Shown in pieces: positions 58,716-64,000 of a DNA stretch of 64,000 nt (the first letter of the stretch is position 1; the number at the start of each line of letters is the position of its first letter). Made by a program: the position numbers and the translations under genes. Below the pieces are notes generated by a model. It searched no databases. It worked only from the letters and a program-made list of their open reading frames with translations, and had not been told where the DNA came from. The stretch is taken from the NCBI RefSeq assembly GCF_041146345.1, contig NW_027191405.1:682001-746000 (forward strand), written 5' to 3'. Origin of the DNA: Neodothiora populina (lineage: Eukaryota).

Positions 58716-61673
58716 ATGGCGACGGCTCTGCAATCAGCAGTCCGTCTGCCCACACCAGAGCCCGCCGATGCTCACTCTCATTCTGCAAAGAAGCGCTCGC
58801 CCTCTTCGCGCTCTCCATCGCCCCAGCGACGCGCCCCTCCGCTGCGACGACGCTCCTTGTCGACATCTCCACCTCCCAGACACAATGGAAACGGAAACGG
58901 AAACGGAAACGGCAACGGCAACGGCCCTCTGCCGCGCGATGTCGACCGCGCACGCGCTCTCGAGAGACAGCGCCAGGCCGGCGCACGTCGCAACGATGCC
59001 CCCGCCGAACCCCCCAAAGTCCTGACCCCCGCCGAGAAGCAGGCCGCCGCCAAAGCAGAGTACGAGCGACTCTTGACCATGCGCTCCGGCGGCACCTACG
59101 TGCCCCCTGCGCGTCTGCGAGCCCTGCAGGCTGACATCGGCACCGACACAAACTCAAAGGAGTTCCAGCGCATGGCCTGGGAAGCCCTCAAGAAGTCCAT
59201 CAACGGTCTCATCAACAAGGTCAACGTGTCCAACATCAAACACATCGCTCCCGAACTCTTTGCCGAGAACCTCGTCAGAGGCCGCGGCCTGTTCTGTCGC
59301 AGCGTCATGAAGGCCCAGGCTGCCAGTTTGCCCTTCACCCCCATCTACGCCGCCATGGTCGCCATCGTCAACACCAAGCTGCCTCAGGTCGGAGAGCTGC
59401 TGGTGCATCGTCTGGTTGTGCAGTTCAGAAAGGCATACAAGAGAAACGACAAGGCTGTGTGTCTGAGCAGCACCACCTTCATCGCGCACCTGATCAATCA
59501 GCAGGTCGTCCACGAGATGCTTGCCGCTCAGGTGCTTCTGTTGCTGCTGAACAAGCCCACAGACGACAGCGTCGAGATCGCCGTGGGTTTGATGAAAGAA
59601 GTCGGCCAGCACATCGAAGAATTCAACTCCCAGATTGCCCTTGCCGTCTTCGACCAGTTCCGCAGCATTCTCCACGAGGCCGACATAGACAAGCGAGTCC
59701 AGTACATGATTGAGGTTCTGTTCCAGATCAGAAAAGACAAATACAAGGACAATCCCGCCGTCAAGGAAGACTTGGATCTGGTGGAAGAAGAGGATCAGAT
59801 CACCCACAACACCTCGCTAGATGACCAGGTCGAGGTTCAGGACGGTCTCAACATCTTCAAATTCGACCCTGACTGGGAAAGCAACGAGGAAGCTTACAAG
59901 AAACTCAAGGCAGAGATCCTGGGCGAGGCCGACGGTGGTGACGACGACGACGACGAAGACGACTCGGATGCCTCCAGCAGTGAAGACGAGGGAGATACAA
60001 AAGAAAGAGAAATGGAAATCAAGGACGCCTCCAACACCGATCTCGTCAATCTCCGGCGTACCATCTACCTGACCATCATGTCCTCTGGCGGCTTCGAAGA
60101 ATGCACCCACAAGCTCCTGCGCATCAACCTGCCGCCTGGCCTGGAGAAGGAGATGCCTTCGATGATCATCGAGTGCGCTTCTCAAACCCGAACCTACAAC
60201 AAGTTCTTCGGTCTCATCGGTGAACGTCTGTGCAAGCTGAACCGCATGTGGCAAGAACTGTTCGAGGACGCATTCGCCGGATACTACGACACCATCCACA
60301 GATACGAGACTCATCGCCTGCGCATTATCGCACAGTTCTTCGGTCATCTCATGGCTTCGGATGCTATCGGCTGGCACGTCTTGAGTTCCGTCCACCTCAA
60401 CGAAGAAGAAACCACCTCGTCTTCGCGTATCTTCATCAAGATCATGATTGAGGAACTCGCTCAGGGCATCGGTCTTAAAAAGGTCGCCGAGAGAATGAAA
60501 GACGAGACGCTGCTGCCTTCCTTGGCCGGCATCTTCCCTATCGACGAGCCCCGCAATACTCGCTTCAGCATTAATTTCTTCACCGCAATCGGTATGGGTG
60601 TCTTGACCGAGCCCATGAGAGAGTACCTGAAGAACATGCCCAAGCCTACTTTGCCTGCTCTGCCCGCTCGAGCTGCAAGCCCTAGCGACAGATCGTCGAG
60701 CGTGTCATCCTACTCGAGCTATTCAAGCCGTTCGCGCTCGCCTTCCCGCACCCGCGGACGCGCCAGAAGCTACACTCGTTCGCCAACACCACCGCGGCAC
60801 AGAGGACGCGCGAGATCGGATTCCTACTCTCGCTCACCTTCTCCGCCGAGACGAGGAGCGCGCGGGGCATCCACATCCATCTCTCGCTCGCCTCCTCGCC
60901 GCCGTCGCCGAAGCAGCGCTTCAGTGTCTGTCTCTCGTTCTCGTTCCAGAGTCAGATCGTCAAGACGAGGCCATGGACGCACGTCATCTCTCTCCCCGTC
61001 TCGATCGCCATCTATAAGTCGCTCACCTTCGTATTCACGCTCACGATCCCCCGCGCCCGGAAAGCGACGCACCTACTCCGACTCTCTCTCTCATTCTCCC
61101 TCTCGTTCTCGATCTCCAGCCTCGCCACCACCGAAGGCTAGATCAACAAAGGGCACAAGCGCAGCAGGAAGCAGCAAACGCCACGACCACGACCACCAGC
61201 GACACAGTCTCTCGAGGTCGAGATCGAGATCGAAATCAACCCCGCGCATCAGGGGCCGAGAAAGAAGCTACAGCGCATCCCTATCGCGCTCGCCCTCACC
61301 GCCGCCTCGTCGCCATCGTCCCGCCGCGACGAAACGCAGAGGCTCCATTTCACCCTCGGTGTCGCGATCACCATCCCCCGCGCCCGCCTCTCGCCGAGCA
61401 GGAGGAAGAAGAAGAAGTGGCAGAGGAGGCAGAAGACCCTCTGCATCTCTCTCTCCCTCGCGATCCCCCTCCCCTCGCAGAAACCGACGATACAGCAACA
61501 ACGCGCAAAGAAGACCATCACCTCCCGCGCCGAGACCCGGCAACAGCAGAAACGGAGCAGCAGCTGCTGCAACCAGTGGAGGCGCAGATGATCTAGATGG
61601 CATTCACCCCGCTAGACGGGCTCTGCTGTCGGGTGGTCAGGGACCGAGACCGCGCGCCGGAGACTTTATCTAG
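58716..61673 (+). CDS. CWC22: Pre-mRNA splicing factor Cwc22 (MIF4G + MI domains, long RS tail)
   Basis: RSGGTYVPPARLR, FQRMAWEALKKSINGLINKVN, LVNLRRTIYLTIMSS and RNTRFSINFFTAIGMG. Confidence 0.97.
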   Translation: MATALQSAVRLPTPEPADAHSHSAKKRSPSSRSPSPQRRAPPLRRRSLSTSPPPRHNGNGNGNGNGNGNGPLPRDVDRARALERQRQAGARRNDAPAEPPKVLTPAEKQAAAKAEYERLLTMRSGGTYVPPARLRALQADIGTDTNSKEFQRMAWEALKKSINGLINKVNVSNIKHIAPELFAENLVRGRGLFCRSVMKAQAASLPFTPIYAAMVAIVNTKLPQVGELLVHRLVVQFRKAYKRNDKAVCLSSTTFIAHLINQQVVHEMLAAQVLLLLLNKPTDDSVEIAVGLMKEVGQHIEEFNSQIALAVFDQFRSILHEADIDKRVQYMIEVLFQIRKDKYKDNPAVKEDLDLVEEEDQITHNTSLDDQVEVQDGLNIFKFDPDWESNEEAYKKLKAEILGEADGGDDDDDEDDSDASSSEDEGDTKEREMEIKDASNTDLVNLRRTIYLTIMSSGGFEECTHKLLRINLPPGLEKEMPSMIIECASQTRTYNKFFGLIGERLCKLNRMWQELFEDAFAGYYDTIHRYETHRLRIIAQFFGHLMASDAIGWHVLSSVHLNEEETTSSSRIFIKIMIEELAQGIGLKKVAERMKDETLLPSLAGIFPIDEPRNTRFSINFFTAIGMGVLTEPMREYLKNMPKPTLPALPARAASPSDRSSSVSSYSSYSSRSRSPSRTRGRARSYTRSPTPPRHRGRARSDSYSRSPSPPRRGARGASTSISRSPPRRRRRSSASVSVSRSRSRVRSSRRGHGRTSSLSPSRSPSISRSPSYSRSRSPAPGKRRTYSDSLSHSPSRSRSPASPPPKARSTKGTSAAGSSKRHDHDHQRHSLSRSRSRSKSTPRIRGRERSYSASLSRSPSPPPRRHRPAATKRRGSISPSVSRSPSPAPASRRAGGRRRSGRGGRRPSASLSPSRSPSPRRNRRYSNNAQRRPSPPAPRPGNSRNGAAAAATSGGADDLDGIHPARRALLSGGQGPRPRAGDFI

Positions 61674-62612
61674 GAGGAACATAGATCACAGGATGGAGGG
61701 AGTGTGTGAAGAAGGAATGAACTGAAATCGCAAAGAAAACGGTGGAGTGATGAGATGGGCATCATCGCGCATTCTTTCGGTGTATTGAAGAAGAAGGCTA
61801 TGTAACAAAACCCTTGCAACCCTTTTCTTTGCATGTCTTTCTCGGCTCGAAGTCCGTGATGGTCGAAAAGTACCAAGAAGAAGAAGAGACGACAGGAATG
61901 GGGCGAGTCTTTGGTGGTTAGTCTTGACGCTGAACAGAAGGTACAGTAGGGTGGAAAACAACTCACTCCCTATCAGAGACGAATGATCAAAGAAAAAGGA
62001 GGGAGATGCAGTGTATCGAAGCGGAAGAAGAAGTCTATTTCCCATCAACATCCAGAATCTTGAATTCCCAGACAGATAGATTCCCTCCATTTCGCAAAAT
62101 CGTTTTTCTATCAATGTCCAGTCTACCAATTTGCTGTTCGGTATTTATATCGCGAGACACGCACGAACGAACCTCTCTGTTGCTCTTTTACGAGGAACTC
62201 TGGGTGGTCGATCTCGAATTCGCTTATCTTTGTCACTTTTGCATGATGGACGAATGGATGGATAGGTGACATCTTGTCATGAAAAGGAGTTGGTGGGAGG
62301 AAGGGGCTGTAATATGCGGATTGCTTGAATGAAAAACTAGAAAAGGGAAGTAAAACAATACTCTCATCTGGTCTCTCTCTCTTTCTCCACGTTCTCTACT
62401 TTCTCCCTCTTCTTCTATGCGTCAAAATTGGCGAGTCTCGGTGACTGTCATGTCAAGTCAAAAATGCAACCACCAACGACAGCGATAGCGTTTTCCTTCG
62501 AGTCCAGGTTCCTTGTCTCTTTTGTCTCGGGCTTTGCTCATCATATCTTTCTCTCGTCTCTCTCTTTCGAGTAAATTTCATCTCGGCTTATTCGCGGTCG
62601 TCCGTCGGTCGC

Positions 62613-63851
62613 TTAGACGTATTGCGACAACCAGCGGATACCCTCGCCGTAGCCCTGTCTCATGACCACAGAGCACATGAAGACCTCGATGGGGCGGATA
62701 TTCTCGAGTTGGACCTTGCCCTTGCCGGTGGTCGAGTAGAGACCGAGCTCGTGTCTGAGTTGGTCCTCGGAGACGGCGTTGGGGTCTGTGGACGATGTCC
62801 ATCAGCGAATATTTCTCTTTTGATAGGAACCAGAGAATACTTACGGTCGATCTTGTTGCCCAGGATGAGGAATGGGGTCTTGGCTAGATCTTCCATTGAC
62901 AGAACTGTGGATATATCATCAGTAAGACATTGTGATGCCAACCAAGTCGGCAAAAACATACGAGCGTCGAGCTCAGCCTTGCTCTCGGCGAATCGCTCGG
63001 GGTCCTTTGCGTCGACAAGGAACACGATTCCAGAGACCTCGGGGAAGTACTGCATGACCTGTCAGTTCCAAGCGTCATAAAGTCAACAAAATCCGGGCTC
63101 CGGGTGCGTCACTGACATCCTTCCACAATCGTCGTGCCTGCTGATGACCTGTCCGACTCTTAGCTACACATGCCGATAGCAAATGGTTATTGCTGCTGCC
63201 ATACCGCCCAAGTCAAAGGTTGTGAAACGGACAGAGCCAATGCTGAGCTCCTCGGAGGCTGAAAGTAGTCAGCTAGTGCACTTGAGCATCGTCTTTCGTA
63301 TACACATACTAGGGTGAAGGGTGGGATTCAAGACGGCACTAGGTTACTGTTAGTCTACGACGCTTGATGTCGTCGAGCGCTGGAGGATTCGCGTACACTC
63401 TGTCGTTCTAAAAGTGGAAAATGTCAGCTCAGATGTGGCCAACGAGGCAACATTCGAGAATAATTCCGACATACCTTGAGCATGTGAAGAAGCTAACGGA
63501 GAAGGTCAGCATTCCGATTCGACTACCATTCGTGTGTCCATGAAACAAAAACGCACAGTGGTCTTTCCTGCATTGTCCAGACCCAGGAACAAGAGTTTCT
63601 GTGCAACCGCATTCCGTTAGCCTCACTCCCTCTTTTTGTTATAGACGGATGCTCATCGGTTTGGCTCGTACTGCGTGCTTATTCAGGAGGCCAAGACTGG
63701 CGAGAGTGTCCCAGACTGTTTTGGATCTGCTGTCAGCGCACGTGGTCCATTTGTAGAGGGGTGGCTCCTCTCGTGTTTTGGTATTTCCAAGGGCGCGGGA
63801 GGGGACGAGAAAGCCGATGAGAGTTCACGTACACCAGTCGATAATCCACAT
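62613..63851 (-). CDS. SAR1: COPII small GTPase Sar1 (11 exons)
   Basis: Manually spliced [44 protein letters not shown]...[17 protein letters not shown]...GNKID...RWLSQYV. Confidence 0.96.
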
Positions 63852-64000
63852 GTTGAAGGTTGTCTATTGATTGCTTTTGTTTTCTGTTGTGAGTTGACTG
63901 TGTCTTTTAGTTGTTGGGATGGGATTTCGTAGGTTGTTGTGATAGTGTTGGTGGCTGTATTGGTATGAGCTGATATGGCTTTGGGATGGGATGCTATGGG

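Overview
This is a gene-dense, intron-containing stretch of a filamentous ascomycete chromosome (gene content and splice signals suggest a Dothideomycete; the taxon is inferred). It holds about 24 protein-coding genes, mostly conserved housekeeping: CHZ1, GLT1, APC15-like, BET1, CDC50/LEM3, a SWIRM protein, SWS1-like, RPN8, PEX16, ATG8, NCE101, Raf1/DIM-9-like, PCF11, SPC97, PUP2, QCR10, CWC22 and SAR1. Secreted proteins include an M43 protease, a GH27 alpha-galactosidase and an I9 inhibitor. I saw no RNA genes, CRISPR arrays or intact transposons. The standout is a 5-exon minus-strand gene (30512-32546, 572 aa after manual splicing). It fuses a MULE-type FAR1/WRKY-GCM1 DNA-binding domain, a pogo/Tc5-type CENP-B helix-turn-helix and an intact YpgQ/YedJ-like HD phosphohydrolase, with no DDE domain. 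This suggests two domesticated transposase DNA-binding domains attached to an enzyme. Other oddities: a 5 x 22-bp TTGACTGTT array upstream of GLT1, a degenerate GLT1 fragment downstream of the gene, a rare-codon island at the GLT1 [3Fe-4S] motif, an exact 23-bp motif shared by two bidirectional promoters, and a stand-alone ASXH/DEUBAD gene. All exon boundaries were derived by eye, and all family calls are from motif recognition without database searches.
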